A DNA stretch of 63,529 nucleotides, the filler included, from Gonapodya sp. JEL0774 (Eukaryota): the NCBI GenBank assembly GCA_027604505.1. It is 19 parts of 19 records of this genome, joined end to end, with 100 filler letters (N's around TTAATTAATTAA, not from the genome) between each part and the next. Parts side by side here need not be neighbours in the genome. Positions count along the whole stretch, not along the records: positions 13,437 to 16,692 come from JADIIX010001376.1; positions 16,793 to 20,048 come from JADIIX010001377.1; positions 20,149 to 23,402 come from JADIIX010001378.1; positions 23,503 to 26,754 come from JADIIX010001379.1; 15 more parts are not named here. The stretch is one strand, 5' to 3'. Of the stretch, positions 13,583 through 26,854 are shown one piece after another. The position numbers and the translations under genes were made by a program. The notes under the pieces were generated by a model. The model did no database searches and was not told the origin of the DNA. It saw only the letters and a program-made list of their open reading frames with translations. Within the stretch, counting starts at the first letter, position 1; each line of letters opens with the position of its first letter.

Positions 13583-16500
13583 TCAGTGTCCCCCCATAAA
13601 CCCCACCCTCTCGCCCCGCCCCCGCGCCCAACTCACCTCGTATGCCTCGTCACATCTGGCCTCCAACAACCACGGCAAAATCTCCCCCTCGTACCCCGCC
13701 ACCCACTTGCCCTGATTCCCCTGCAATGACTGCACAACGATACAACACCGCTCCTTCTGCACAACGCGGTCCTTTGCCGTTCCACTCCCGCCGCTCTCTC
13801 GCTCCACCTCCCCCTCCACCCCTGCGAATCTCCTCCACACCCCGCCCACCCCGCGCACCAGCTCCCCCATATGTCCCTTCCAGACCGCCGAGTCCACCAT
13901 CCCGTCTGCCGCGGCGACAGAGAGGCGGAGCAGGTTACGCACAGTGGTGTCGGAGAGGTGGGACGTGGATTGAATGGTGGAGACGAGCGAGACGAGAAGG
14001 TCGGACGAGGCCAGCGGGGAGCGGTGAGGGAGGGGGGTTTCGTTGCCGAATACTGGGCAGAGGTGTGAGTGGGGCGGGTGGTGGGGAGGTGGGCCGTGGG
14101 CCGGTCAGCAACAAGCACCACCTCTCGCACAACCACATTTCCCCCCCAACTCACACGCCCTCATCCTCCCCTGCGTCCCCCAATTCCCATTCATTGTTGC
14201 CAATCCCCCCAACGGCTGTCTGGTCCTCTCCACCGCGAGCGCACCGGACTCCACCGCACGTCGCTGCGTGTGCGCATGCCCGGGCACATGCACGTGCGTC
14301 TGAGAACCCGCGGTGGGTGGCCCTGTCCCCGTCCGTGCCGTCAAATGAGGCACGGGAGAGGGGGTGTGTAAGTGCCGGGTGTCCCGGGTGTGTCTCTCGT
14401 CTGCGTGCAGGTCCCCTTCCCCCTCCACCCCCCTCGCCTGTCTCGTCGGTCGCGGCGGCGACAAAGCCGGCACGATGATCCTGGCCGAGGAGACGTCTTC
14501 AAACCCGTCGGGCATGGAGACCTGGCCGGTGTGGAGGGGAGGCGGGGGGGTGGGGGGGGGGCCAGATCATGACCAACACAAGCAATTCAACCCAACACAC
14601 GTAAATCGCCAACCACCAACCCACCTCGGCCAAATCCCCCTCGCTCCCGCTCCCGCTCTCTGCCCCGTCTCCCATCTCCACCCCGTCGTCGTCACCTTTA
14701 TCCCCCTCCCCGTCCATCTCCACCTCGGTGTCCCCCTCCCCCCACTCCACCATCCCCTCCAGGTGTATTCCACCGAGTCCACCGCCCCCACCGCCCCCAC
14801 CGCCGCCCCCCACCCCCACCTCCCTCGCGAACCTTTCCACGTGCCCATCCATCTGCCCGTCCAATTCCAACTCGGTGACACCTTCGAACCTCGCCTGGTC
14901 ATACTCCCGCTCCTGCTCACCGTGTGCCGCCAGGGTGGGCGTTCCCGGCGTCGAGTCATCCTCACCATCCTCCTCCCCCTCGTCCACCCCACCGGCCCTC
15001 TCCTCCTCCACCTCCTCCTCTGGCTCGGGCAGCGGTACCGGTAGGGGCACAGGCAGGACCCCGCCCACCTTCCCTGGCGTCCGTACCATATCCCGCACCG
15101 CGGCGACCCTGTCCAGCCCTGTGGGCATGATGTCGAGGAAAAAGTCGGCGGTGGGGTCCAGGTCGGGGTCCGTGTCGTGGGAAGGAGGATCGTAGGTTGA
15201 GGAGGTGGGGGTGGTGGTCGCGGTGGGGTGAGGGTGAGAAACTCTCCGTGATGCGGGGGGCGTGGAGGACGCGGACGTGGAGGAGGACACGGACCCGGGC
15301 GATGCCACCTCCACGGCCCCCGTCCCCCTCCCACCCCCGTCATCCACCGCCCGGCGTGCCTGTCCCGCACCTGACCCAGGTGTCTGAGGCACCATCATCC
15401 CAACCGTCCTGTCGAGCGCCCCGGGTGCCGAGGTGGCGCCCCGCCGGACAGGCAAGGACGACTGAGGAGGCGGAGGTGCGGCGGACCCACTCCCACTCGC
15501 CGACAGTGCACCACCCACGACCGACCGAGGCCTTTGCAGTCCAAGCCCCGCCTTGCCCACCACCGGCCCCTTCCCGCCGGCAGACCCGGCTTTCCCCCTA
15601 CCGGCCGCCCCCTCCACCGCGCCAGGCCACATTTCGTCCACCCTGGCGCTCACCCTCCGCGCAACCTCACGGACCTGGGGCGACGCGTCGGTGAGCGCGC
15701 GGGAGAGGAGCGGGGGGAGGGGGGGTGGTGGGCCGGGGGAGGTGGAAGAAGATGGGGAGGCGGAGACGGAGGGAGAGGCGGACAGGATGAACCCCACGAC
15801 CAGCAGCGCTGCGTACCGTTCTTGCGCGCCTCGGGATGTGGAGAACTTGTCGGACCACCAGGCGATCCACCTGTCGCGGCGCTCCCCTGTCCCCGTCCCC
15901 GTCCCCGCCACCCGCACGCACGCCGCCACCACGGCTCCCGCACACCGCTCGGCGGCCGAGGCGGTGATTTTCTTGGTGCCTGAGATGAGCTTGAACAGGG
16001 GTGAAAAGAGCAACGAGTCGAGGAGTGGGAGCAGGGGGAGGGGGAGGTGGGCAGAGAGAAGGGTGAGTGTGGTGAGCGATGTGAGGCAGAGGGAGGTGCG
16101 GAGGGAGAGGACCTGGGTGGGGTGGGGGTAAGGAGACGCAAGCATGAGCAAAAGCCGTTCGGGACGGACGACACAGCAGAGTCGGGTACGGTCGCAACTC
16201 TGGGCTCCGAAAACGGTTCCGGTTCGTGACTTGAGAGGACGAGGAGTCTGCCCTCCTCTCCTGCTCTCACCCTTCAGATTGTACTGCTTACTCCGTCGTC
16301 GGTCTTGATTCGTTCTTCCCGTCGCAGCGATTTCCCGGTCTCCCGCAATCCCCTCGCCATCGCTTCCACCCCACCGTACTAACCCCCCGAACCCACCCCT
16401 CTCCTTCCCCAAACTCACGGTCCGACTGATCCCCTCGACGACAACCTTGACGCCGCCGTCTTTCCCAGCGAGTTCTGCAGCTTTGGATGAGGATGAGGAA

Positions 16501-16692
16501 GTGGTGGTGGTGGATGTGGCGAGACCGTCAGTGGTAGTACCCCCGCCGCTCCCACCAGCTCCACCCGCACCACCAGTGCCCTCCCTCTCCTTCTCCCTGT
16601 TCCTGTCACGGTCGCCCGCCGCCTCCCTGTTCCTCTTTTCCGCTGCCCAGTGCTCGAGGAATGCGTCGACACGTTTGAGAGACTTTTCGCGT
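13583..16692 (-). CDS. CLASP/Stu1-like microtubule-binding protein (CLASP_N TOG-like domain plus low-complexity tail), partial
   Basis: SLRTSLCLTSLTTL...LFKLISGTKKITASAA...LSRALTDASPQVREVAR HEAT motifs, followed by a long S/P/G/E-rich region. Confidence 0.75.
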
Positions 16693-16792
16693 NNNNNNNN
16701 NNNNNNNNNNNNNNNNNNNNNNNNNNNNNNNNNNNNTTAATTAATTAANNNNNNNNNNNNNNNNNNNNNNNNNNNNNNNNNNNNNNNNNNNN

Positions 16793-18039
16793 ACAAGTGG
16801 GTGGTCACTCTCCTCGACGGTCTTGGTCACGTCGAACCAGGCGCGGTATATGGGGTTGCTCTCCCTCCACTCCTCCCACTGCTTTTGCGCCCGACTCTTT
16901 TGGTCTACAACCACGCCCGTGGCTTCTTCGTTCGGCTTCACCGGAGGCAGCATATCCTCCAGAGGAACAACCTTTCCAGAAAAAAAGTCCTTTTCACGGT
17001 CGGCAGCGGGTTTGAGTTCGTGATATCGGAGGGTGGCGGTGGAATTGGGGTCCTGGACCGACTCGTGAACAGACTTCGCAGCCGAGGCTGCTGCACGAGT
17101 AGCAGGGTTGTCGACGATGGGCTCAGCAACCTAGTTGAGAAACGCAAAAACAATTGGTATATATTGATCCCGAATTTGAACCTACCCAAACTCCTCAAGG
17201 CTCACCTTAATGACCACCTCCGCAGCCTTCTTCGCAGCATCGCTCTCCAGTACCTTTTCCATTGCCTCAACAACCTTTCCAGCGGCCTGACCAGTCACCT
17301 GAGCCGCCTGTTTGGCTCGCTGCATGGCGTCCGAATCCGCAATCTGCTGTGTGTTCTCAGACAGCTGCTTCACTCCTTCCTGGAATTCCTTGTTCTCCTC
17401 GACTTGACGGCGAATAGACTCACGGAATTTTTGGACGAAGGAGACTTGAGATTGGTGGCGCCGTGTCAGAGATATAGAAGGTGAAGACGTCACAGAGGAG
17501 GCGAGAGATGTCGAGTGGGAGGCGGAAGAATCGCGAACTGATTGCGAGGGCAAAGATGGAGAGAATGGGATTGGGGAAGTGCGCGTCAAGGTGTGGAGTC
17601 CCGACGATCCTATGGCGATTCGGAACGCTCCATGAACACCGGAGTTCCGTTGCACCCCAGTACCACCGAGGGCTAATCTTTTCCCAGCTTCTAAGCTACT
17701 CCTTGTGCTCAATGTCCAAGTTAAGGCTTGCGATGCTGAGAGTTCGCTCTTTCCATCACTGCTCGAAGTGAAAAAATCAATGTCCTCCCTCTCTTTCGAC
17801 ATTCCTAGGTCGTCTGTTCCATCAATCACAGTCCGTCGAGACGCACTAGATATGCTTCGCGATCTCGGGAAGGCGGTTGCCGGTCCAATGGCAGAGTACA
17901 GAGGTCCATGAGATGCTCGAGATGCAGCAACCGTTAACACGTTGGAGACAGGCTTCGAAGTACGGAACAAATGACTGCTAGCGCCACAAGAGATGGGAAG
18001 AGTGGAAGCCGCTCGGAGAAGTGGACCGTGGGTGGTCAT
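16793..18039 (-). CDS. TIM44: Mitochondrial import translocase subunit Tim44, N-terminal part
   Basis: Ser/Arg-rich presequence; SFVQKFRESIRRQVEENKEFQEGVKQL; downstream exon PNEEATGVVV...WEEWRESNP...EESDHPL. Confidence 0.85.
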
Positions 18040-18985
18040 TAGTGTTTAGGTGTTTAGGTGGGTGGATCTGGACAGCAAATGTAAAAGTGAGCCGTGGCAC
18101 GACACGTCATGGGGTGAAGTGCGAGTGGTTCCGAAAACAAACCCCCAAACCTGAAGCGAAGGTAAAGACAAGAGATTAATGAGCTTGCGAGCAGCTCCAT
18201 CTAATCACGGCACGGAAGTGTGCAGGAGTACCGCCACGATTCAGGAAAACATTCTTCGGCTCCCGTTGAGATATGTATTATCGACCCATCTTTCAACCAA
18301 ATACCCATTAAATAGAAGCGATGCTATATTGGAGGTGAGACCCCTGGTGCTGCTAGACTACCAGACGGAGTCTGTCAGCCCTATCATCTTCCCTCAACTC
18401 TTTGCTCAGCCGATCATTAATCGGTATTGACAACTGATCAAGTGTCTGATTCTGAAATCGATCTCATTACCCCCCAGAAAAACGGGAGTATCTTCCAGAA
18501 TTGCGTTCCGTGATCAAGAACCGAGAAACAGCAGGATTGCATGATCACCATTTAGTGAGCTGTCTCCAGATGAAGGAATGAGGTCCATCAGTTCAAAGAC
18601 AGGCACGGAGGCCGACTCAGTGTTCAAACACAACTTTTGTATGTCGGGAAACTGCCGCTTGTTCGAGCCCGCACTACTACAGCTTCATTTTGCCGATTCA
18701 TCGCTCCGAGAGGTAAATCGACAGAAATCATTAAAAATCGAGAGCTCAGAGGGAGCAAGCTGCCAATTTGTGATGCGTATTACGGCTTGAAGTGGGTCAT
18801 CGCGATTTGAGGGCAGTCCTCAAATCGTGATGTCCCCCATGGAGAACAACAACTTTTTGAATTACACACACGTATTCGCCAGTCGAGTAGCATATAAAAT
18901 CATTCAATATTTAAAGAAAAAGGAGACGGGAATTGCCACTCCTGCCAACCACACAACTGTTCGCAATAGGGACTTGGCTTGGGTA

Positions 18986-19300
18986 TCAGCTTTGAGAGGA
19001 AGGCAGTGAGAATAATGAGAGTAAGTCCATGGGTAAATTATCGAACACAGTCTCACCCCACAAGTACACTCCCGCGAATGCCACTCTCAGCGCGAGGAAA
19101 CTCATTGCCTGGGAGTCGAGTTCAGCTGGGTTTGCTCCCTTCTGAACCGCATACAAGACAGCTGCGGCCCACAAAGCCAATACTTCGTTAGTGTTCGCGT
19201 TGATGGCTTGAAGGCGGCGAAGGAAGAGCGCCTTTATTCCCAGGACCGATCAATGCCGCACGTGTTTCGGAGTAGAGGGGCAGGTGGTTGACAAGAACGC
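18986..19300 (-). CDS. MAPEG-family membrane protein (exon; full boundaries uncertain)
   Basis: LRRLQAINANTNEVLALWAAAVL...SFLALRVAFAGVYL resembles the MAPEG pattern R..A..N..E..F..A..AR..Y. Confidence 0.5.
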
Positions 19301-20149
19301 TTGGATGAGCCAAAACTGAAACTCGTACCTGTGACGTGGAAATTTTCAGCTCTGACGGATTCTTACGCGCGTCGGCGCTGGAGACTCGAATGATTCAGCA
19401 ATGAATGGTGAACCGCGGAAGAGCCATTCAGCTCACTTGTCCCACACGCCCCACCCAATTTTGATGGTAACGGCAGCCTAATATCAAACAGATCGTGAGA
19501 AGAGTCCAAACAGTCATCGCGGATCCTCGATATGTATGACTCACAAGGTGTGCAGCGAATCCGAGACCCCACAAGGCCGGGATGGAGGTGATGGCGAAGG
19601 ACTGTTAAAAGGATGGAGAGCAGATGAAATTGAATGAAAATAAGGGAGGAAAAATTGCATGGGGAATGTGAGGATCGAACGTACAGGCATTTGATTTGCA
19701 AGATTTTTGTGCTCTCAGTTGCCGAGACAGGGAAGTGGGATCGGCACCACCTCAGGGCACCTATGTACTTGCGTTCCGAGTTTCTGGCATGATCCGTTTT
19801 ATTACGATTGCGTACTTGAGAATGTAATAGAAAAGATCAGTAGCAACGAAAAGCTTAGTCTGGGGCCTTACTAGATTGCATCATTGCATACCTCGCGGTC
19901 TTTTATGGACAGCGATATCTCTGCGCGGAATAAGAGTTTTCTTGTCAACCGCAAAGGCAGATATGTATCAATGTGCTTAGTTGATGTGAATGTATTACCA
20001 CTGAGGTCATTACGCTGGGTGTAGGGTTGAAGTTCAGTGCATGCTCTGNNNNNNNNNNNNNNNNNNNNNNNNNNNNNNNNNNNNNNNNNNNNTTAATTAA
20101 TTAANNNNNNNNNNNNNNNNNNNNNNNNNNNNNNNNNNNNNNNNNNNNG

Positions 20150-20221
20150 CGCGACACTTGAATTTGGTGTCGGAGGGCCAACACTTTTGCTTGAGCCGTC
20201 GCGGTTGCCATCAATGTAGTT
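20150..20221 (+). repeat. Left arm of a perfect 72-bp inverted repeat
   Basis: CGCGACACTTGAATTTGG...CCATCAATGTAGTT is the exact reverse complement of 23330-23401. Confidence 0.95.
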
Positions 20222-21578
20222 CAAGATAGCTGGAGCGACAATTTCATTTGAGACATGATGTTTTGGGCGGTGGGCCATATTTTTTGGCGCTTGTTTCGGG
20301 CTCAAGCACTGGCCCTGGTGACCTTCACTTATGAATACCTACATTGTTTCCCAGCATCCCAACAATGATGAAAGCCGAACGTTTACACACATGTGAGTGG
20401 CGCGCGATTCGTCTCTCATGCTCTTCTGTTGCGTGCGTTTCCCCTGTAGCCTCTCACTTCCCACTCTCCCCTGGTTTGGTAGCAACAAGAAGAAGAAGAT
20501 TGCCCGACCGCCAACAGCCGAACCGCGAAACTCAGCTTGCATCACGAAGTAATTCCGCAATCTCTGGAAGCTCGCGTGAGTAAAAAGTGGCTCTTCCCGT
20601 CGGAGGAAACGGTGGTGGTACGCATGCCTAGAGGTACTACCACTGTACCCATTCTCTGGGGTGGTCGCCTGGTCTGGCGCGAGCCTACCCACGCGGCTTT
20701 ACCCACTGCGTGCTTCAAAGAGCGTTGCGGGTCCGGACCGAGGAAACGCAGGACTGTGGAACCACAGGACCGTAGAGACGCAGGATTGGGTCTCATTGGC
20801 GAGCTGCGTCCACGTCGCAGGCCTCGGAAACGTTGGCTCTGAGTCTTTGGACTCAAGTTGATGGCTGACGGCTCTCCAGGCAGCAATCTACTTCAACGCC
20901 ACATTGATTTGGTACCAACTCAGTGCTGCAGGTCCACATGCCATTTCGTTGGTCACAATTCTCAAGTCGTCTAATTTGTACTCATTCTACAATAATGCAT
21001 CAAGCGCTATCAACTATCGCACATAAACACGAGTCCATCGTTTGTCCTGGTCCCACCACGCTGTCATGACATGGGCAATTACATCGTCGTCACATGCCTC
21101 AGTTCCAACAGGTCGATTCTTATACTATCATTCTCCCTCACCACTGCCAGTTCCCTTGACCGGTCAACAGTTAACATCACAGGCTCCCCCCACTACTACC
21201 CTGTTGAAGACTGGATGCACGGTAGCATTGCCACTGCATAAACCCAGCAAGAGAGAGGGCTTGTCATCGGCACGTTGATGCTACACACAGGTGCAGATAG
21301 TTGCAAAACTATGGGGGCGGCTTAAGCCGGAGCGTGCCCGTAAGAGGAGGCAGGAGCAAGAACTTACCTAAGAGAGTTGACACCGATCACCTGAAGTTTA
21401 GATCCGAACGATTTCAGCTCAGACCAGAATTTATACACAAATACTCTTTGCAGGTGTGACTTAAAGATCTTGTTCACTTTGCCAATATCTTCTTACAGCT
21501 GTTGTTGGAATCCACCTCTGTTGTTTCTTTCCCTGTTTCAAATCAGTTGATTGCGCTCTTACGCTAACAAAGTTTGAG

Positions 21579-22144
21579 CTATTCTTCCTCTTGTGTCCTG
21601 CCATCTGAGCTGTCTGTTGGCCCCTCAGCAACACTGTCTTTGATCCAGCTGTAATCCTGCCGTTTCATGATCTCATTAATATCTACTCCTGACATCATGG
21701 CCAGCATCTGCACGGCAAGCTCAATGCTTCTTGGGCCTTCGGAGGGTGCAGTTTTATTCAAAGTTGAGATCATATAGATGGCTGATTCCAATGCCCGATG
21801 ATGGAGTTCGAGGTCTCGCCGCATCTTTGGGACCTTGTGAAGTCCAGAACATTGACACAAGAAATCAATCAATTAAGCTTGTTTTGGATTGGCACTGTGG
21901 CTCGACGAATCAAACTTTCCTTGAAAGGGCTGACCTCGTTTTTGAGTCTCTTCAAGTACACTCGCTCATCCTTCCTCCATGCAGCCCGCTGCGCTCTCTT
22001 TTTCAAAACCTTATGTTCAGATGCCTTGTATGAAGGCCTTTCTCCAGCCGGTACGCCTTTGAGGGAAGAGCTTTGATTGCGTCGTTCAGGTGAAGGGGAT
22101 CGATCAATATCTGCGAAATGACCTGTCTCTGAGGAAGAGAACAT
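21579..22144 (-). pseudogene. Hypothetical basic/helical protein split by a frameshift
   Basis: Two abutting ORFs (22144-21869 and 21872-21579) lie in different frames and have protein-like composition. No family recognised. Confidence 0.35.
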
Positions 22145-23329
22145 GCAATCGTTTCAAAAAAAGCCACACACCACACTCAAAAGGGGTGTGGTCTGCCATG
22201 ATCACGACAAAGGTGATCCGGGGTAAGAGGATGCAATGTGATTCACACACGAACCCATCACACCATTGTTGATTTTTTTTATTTAATAAAAGACAGATAT
22301 ACTACGAGAAGTACTTAGCTTGTCAATAGTAATCTGTAAGCAACTTTGAGACGGGTATGCTGTCCCATTGTGTTGTCTTCGTCTCGTGGTGCATCGGTTC
22401 CCTGTTGACAAAGGCACTCACCAATATGTACCCACTCATGTCAGCTACTCCAAACATTCCAAAATCGCATTCACACAAATTCTGGAAAACTGTAATCAAA
22501 CTGATGCCAACACATTCCTTAGAACGGCAAGACAAAGACAACATTTCAGAGATGACAGCAAACGCGAGTACTGTGTGAAAAGCAACAAAGGAGGCTTTGA
22601 CGTGACTAAGCACCGAGAAGCAAAAACCACTGTACAACAGATAAGTGGGGCGCGCAGAATTTGACCTCAATCAGAGTCCCGTCCTCAGTCCACAGAGTGA
22701 CAATCGGACGGGCATTTATCTATTATGGTTAAGCAGATTTGTGATGGCAGGTGCATTTTCATCACTGAAATACTTGATGTATGTACATAGGCTGTTCTCC
22801 ATACATAACCTGAAGGAGAGAGTGATTTTTTAATGGTGCAAAGTCCAAACTCACATGAGAACTTCAAAGTGCCATGTATCTCAACATATCATATCACTTA
22901 CCCTATAATCGATAAGTTCCACGTAACTCATCGCACCACTCAGAAGTTAGTTCTCCTTCCAACTACCACTGTGGCACCGTATTTTCTTTCAACAACAATG
23001 GACAGTTGTCAAAGGAGGCGCTTGAGAGTGTGTGAGAACCGCAAGTCGAAGAACAAGGCTGAAAAAGTTACCACTGACCTTTCACATTGTTCGGGAACGC
23101 TTGACGAGCATTAGCCGTTCCAATGACGGAACGTTTCCCAGGGCGCGCCACGGGGAGGCTGCTCGCCACCGCACCCCGCCTGCAACAAAGCGAACTTGAA
23201 TGAGCGTCACCGGATTCACGACTTACCGCTTCATCCACAGCCGAGATCTAACCCAACAAGGTGAAGGGGGGGACCCTGCGGGAATGTCACGCCGCAACAC
23301 CAAGGTCAGTAAACGAAAACCAGTCCCTC

Positions 23330-23401
23330 AACTACATTGATGGCAACCGCGACGGCTCAAGCAAAAGTGTTGGCCCTCCGACACCAAATTCAAGTGTCGC
23401 G
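23330..23401 (-). repeat. Right arm of a perfect 72-bp inverted repeat
   Basis: AACTACATTGATGGCAACC...TTCAAGTGTCGCG is the reverse complement of 20150-20221. Confidence 0.95.
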
Positions 23402-23502
23402 TNNNNNNNNNNNNNNNNNNNNNNNNNNNNNNNNNNNNNNNNNNNNTTAATTAATTAANNNNNNNNNNNNNNNNNNNNNNNNNNNNNNNNNNNNNNNNNN
23501 NN

Positions 23503-23989
23503 GGAGCCGCACCGTTCCCGCTAACAAGTCGGATGAGGAAGGAATGAGGTAATGATATGATATTTTTTGTTTCCAATAGGCAAAACCTACCACGGTTGCT
23601 TTGTTTGACATTGAGGAAGGCAAGCTGCCCTCTGCGCGGCTTCATCCTTCTATTGTAGGAATAAATATAATCGAACTTAGTCGAAGGGCTATGCCTGTGT
23701 CCCGCATAGGGAAGACTATACATACTGCGTTACAGCGTGCCACACAGCTCTCCAGGCACTCTGTCGCCCTCACACTGAGCTCCATGGACCTTTTCTCCAT
23801 GGCAACATGAACATGTCGTGCAGCCATCTCGCTTCTGCCATCGATGGAGTGCACATCTCCCAGATATTCGCGCACTGAGAGGATTCTCTCAGAACGCTCG
23901 ATGTTGAAATCCGCCGAGCGACCGGCGCTGGCTACCGAGGACAGGAGAGCCCCGATGACCAGGATGGCGAGGCGGCGGAGGGAAGGCAT
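23503..23989 (-). CDS. Small secreted cysteine-rich prepropeptide, 3 exons, 3'-truncated
   Basis: Signal peptide MPSLRRLAILVIGALLSSVASA and a KR site. GT-AG introns at 23650-23725 and 23521-23590 join in frame to give ...RATECLESCVARCNAKDEAAQRAACLPQCQTKQPCGNGAA. Confidence 0.7.
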
Positions 23990-25754
23990 GATGGATGGAT
24001 GATCGATGGATCAACAGCGGTGTTTTCCGGATTTATATCCTTCAAGTGCGATCTTTTCCGGCGGTCCACCCCTCCCCGCAAGGGTGTTGTTACCTGCACC
24101 CTCACCGTAAAGGTTGACGTTATCCCGAGCTGCCGCAGCATATGAAAGGCAGATGAAATGGGGGGTGATAACATCCGAAGACGCAATATCAAGCGAGTGT
24201 GTGACCCCACAGTGCGATCATCTTTCAATGAACTGGCGGTCTTGAATGGGATGGTGCCCGTAGGACTAGCACTGGAAATGTCAGTGGACATCGTAGCATC
24301 CTTAGATGTCTTCACAACGGTCTTATGAAGTCTCAAAGCGTTTGCAATATGCGTAGTTTCACGTGCATGCATGGAGAAATTTCTTTGATCTGTTTTCCTG
24401 TGGTTGTTTTTACAAAAAATTTCTCCGATTGGCAAACAACGCCACCGATCAGACGCAACGGACCAGAGCACAAAATGATTTTTGTGACTCTTAGAGTACA
24501 ATGCAAATGAAAAAGTTGTGTCCCAGGTTCTAATTTTTGCCGGGTGCGATCACGGGAAAGATGGATTAGGTGCTTGGACGGCATTCGACAAGAAATTTCA
24601 CCAGGACTCGCTGCGCATTCGATGAATCAGATAAGTCCAGGAATAAAAAGAAAGCTGTTCCATCCGCACCAGACGATCGCACCAGCGACTTCCTGGTATA
24701 GGTGGTGGGCTCTGCAAAGGTTGGTGATTGCGCAAACACTCGGAAAACGTAAATGAACTTGAAGACGAGTGTAGATGGGTAGAAAAACTCAAGTCGCCTA
24801 TGATTGGGGTTATGTACTTTTGGCTATCGACTATCAGTACCCGAAAACACCAAAGTTGTCTCTTCTTCCATAACGGGGCGGCTACCTTCATCAGTTGAAC
24901 ACAATTATTTGTCACGTATGATCCACAGGAGGCGCCCAAGCGCTCCACAGCGGTGGATATGCAGTCTCATGCAACAGTGTTTGAACATCATTTGAAGGCT
25001 GCAAACCATAAGCGTCTCTTCAAGTATTCCCGTCACAGGTAGAACGCCGCCAACGCAGTGGTATTGCCATCGTAATCTTCTGGCGCCGTTCTGAGCTCCG
25101 AGTTCTGAGGAAACAATGATCAACAGCAAGCGATGGCGCCTGAGGAAGCAACCAACTGATCCTTCTCAACTGCCATCAGAGTCAAAGGCCACCGATGCCA
25201 CGTTAGTGCCGTTCATTTTCGGAACTTTCTGCGCTCCATATTGTTTCCGCGATCCCGAACAAACCCGCATTCGTGACTTTGGCTTCCAGTGACCTACCCC
25301 AGAACCAACTACCACACACCGGTCCTTTCCAGCCCGTTCCGACACTTTCTGGACCCGTGAACCAGTCCACCCACATCTAGTGCGAACAGCACTGTTCGGA
25401 CATCCGGTCTGCAAACGGTGCCTTTTTGGGGAACGGGAACAGCAGAGGGTTCTGCTAGAGCACCGAGGCCACAAATGCAAGTGGCTTCACGCGTGGTGGG
25501 TTTGATTTCATCATGTAGAAACGACATTCCGATTCTTTTTCTCCGTCATGATGTCAGCGTGGACCGAGCAGATCAGAACCACAAAAGGAGTATAGGGTAG
25601 CAAACTTTCCGAATACGATTCTCGCCTTATATTATGTTCACTGGCACCCTTACTGCGCACTCAGCGAACTGCGCACTGCTGCGCGTGCTTCGCCAACACA
25701 AGTAGATCCGGCATCGGCCACAGCCCACTAAGTCGCCAGCGCGGTGCGATATTA

Positions 25755-26175
25755 TCCAACAGCAGAACGGATGAGGAGCAAGATTACCAAAGAACTAGGT
25801 TTTAGAAGGTAATTCTTCACTACGGGTACTTCTAAGTTCGTACCTTCCTGTTTTCTGATCACAATTTGCAATGCTCCAGAGAGCCCGTCAAGTCCGAAAT
25901 ACTGTGCCTCCTTGCCAATCTTCTCACACAACGCCGGGAGCGCCTCCTACGTGGGCACACGTCATCCCCTCAAATCGAGCTGTCCCGTCCTGAGCCACTC
26001 CAGCACCATATCAAAGCACCTGGGGTTCCTATTGAAAAACGCTTTTCCATCGGCGTCAGTCACAAATGTTTCAGTTTTGTCAATGAAGATTTTCCTGAAG
26101 CGAGAGTTCGGTTCACGATAGGTGGTGAGGGTGGCGAGAGGGTACCACGGTGAGATTGATGGGACAATTGAACAT
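25755..26175 (-). pseudogene. BTB/POZ (KCTD/T1-type, BTB_2) domain pseudogene
   Basis: LATLTTYREPNSRFRKIF...DADGKAFFNRNPRCFDMVLEWLRTGQL...KEAQYFGLDGL, with in-frame stops at 25962-25964 and 25947-25949. It is absent from the ORF track. Confidence 0.8.
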
Positions 26176-26854
26176 GTCGGAGATAATGAGAGATCTGGAG
26201 CGGCACGCGTATGAATGGAAGGGAGTGTTATTGTTTGCGATGACGCACGACGGGCATATGACGGACTCAGATTCCTGCGATACGTATTTTCGACACCTCA
26301 AGCAACGAAAGAGGAAGACGATATTCAAAAAATTGTATAACACTCAAACCCCCTTCCACATGACATGATCCTATTTCCCCACTCATTCATGATAATCGCT
26401 CCAGCGCTGATGGTTCGAAATTCAAACAAAAGTTTCTCACGGTTCACTGTAGCTATCACACCTTCTTGAAGAAAATCAACTTGTGTCCTCCGGTTATTCC
26501 CTCGGTTTTATCGATCATGCCAACCACACGTGAATTTGCGATCAAATCTCCCAACCTTTTCGAAGGGACCTCGAGCGGCATCACGGCACTTGACAGTATG
26601 AGTTGGCGGAGTACTTCCAGTGAGACATCGCCCTTATTTCTTTCCACCATAGCTTGCATCTCGTAGAGGCTCCCCCAAGGGTGACCGGGTTCAAAGCAGA
26701 GATACGTCGTTTGTTGGAACTGCACCCCACCAGTCTTCATGAGGGTATCGATTTNNNNNNNNNNNNNNNNNNNNNNNNNNNNNNNNNNNNNNNNNNNNTT
26801 AATTAATTAANNNNNNNNNNNNNNNNNNNNNNNNNNNNNNNNNNNNNNNNNNNN

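Noticed and set aside
13437..16692. Many overlapping long ORFs on both strands
   Set aside because: They are by-products of GC-rich low-complexity sequence. Only the minus-strand CLASP-like frame has recognisable motifs.
21940..22030. bHLH basic region (KKRAQRAAWRKDERVYLKRLKNEVSP)
   Set aside because: It lacks the diagnostic E-R-x-R motif and a clear second helix.
24300..25600. Short minus-strand ORFs as a gene
   Set aside because: They are fragmented by stops and show no recognisable domain, so no call can be supported.
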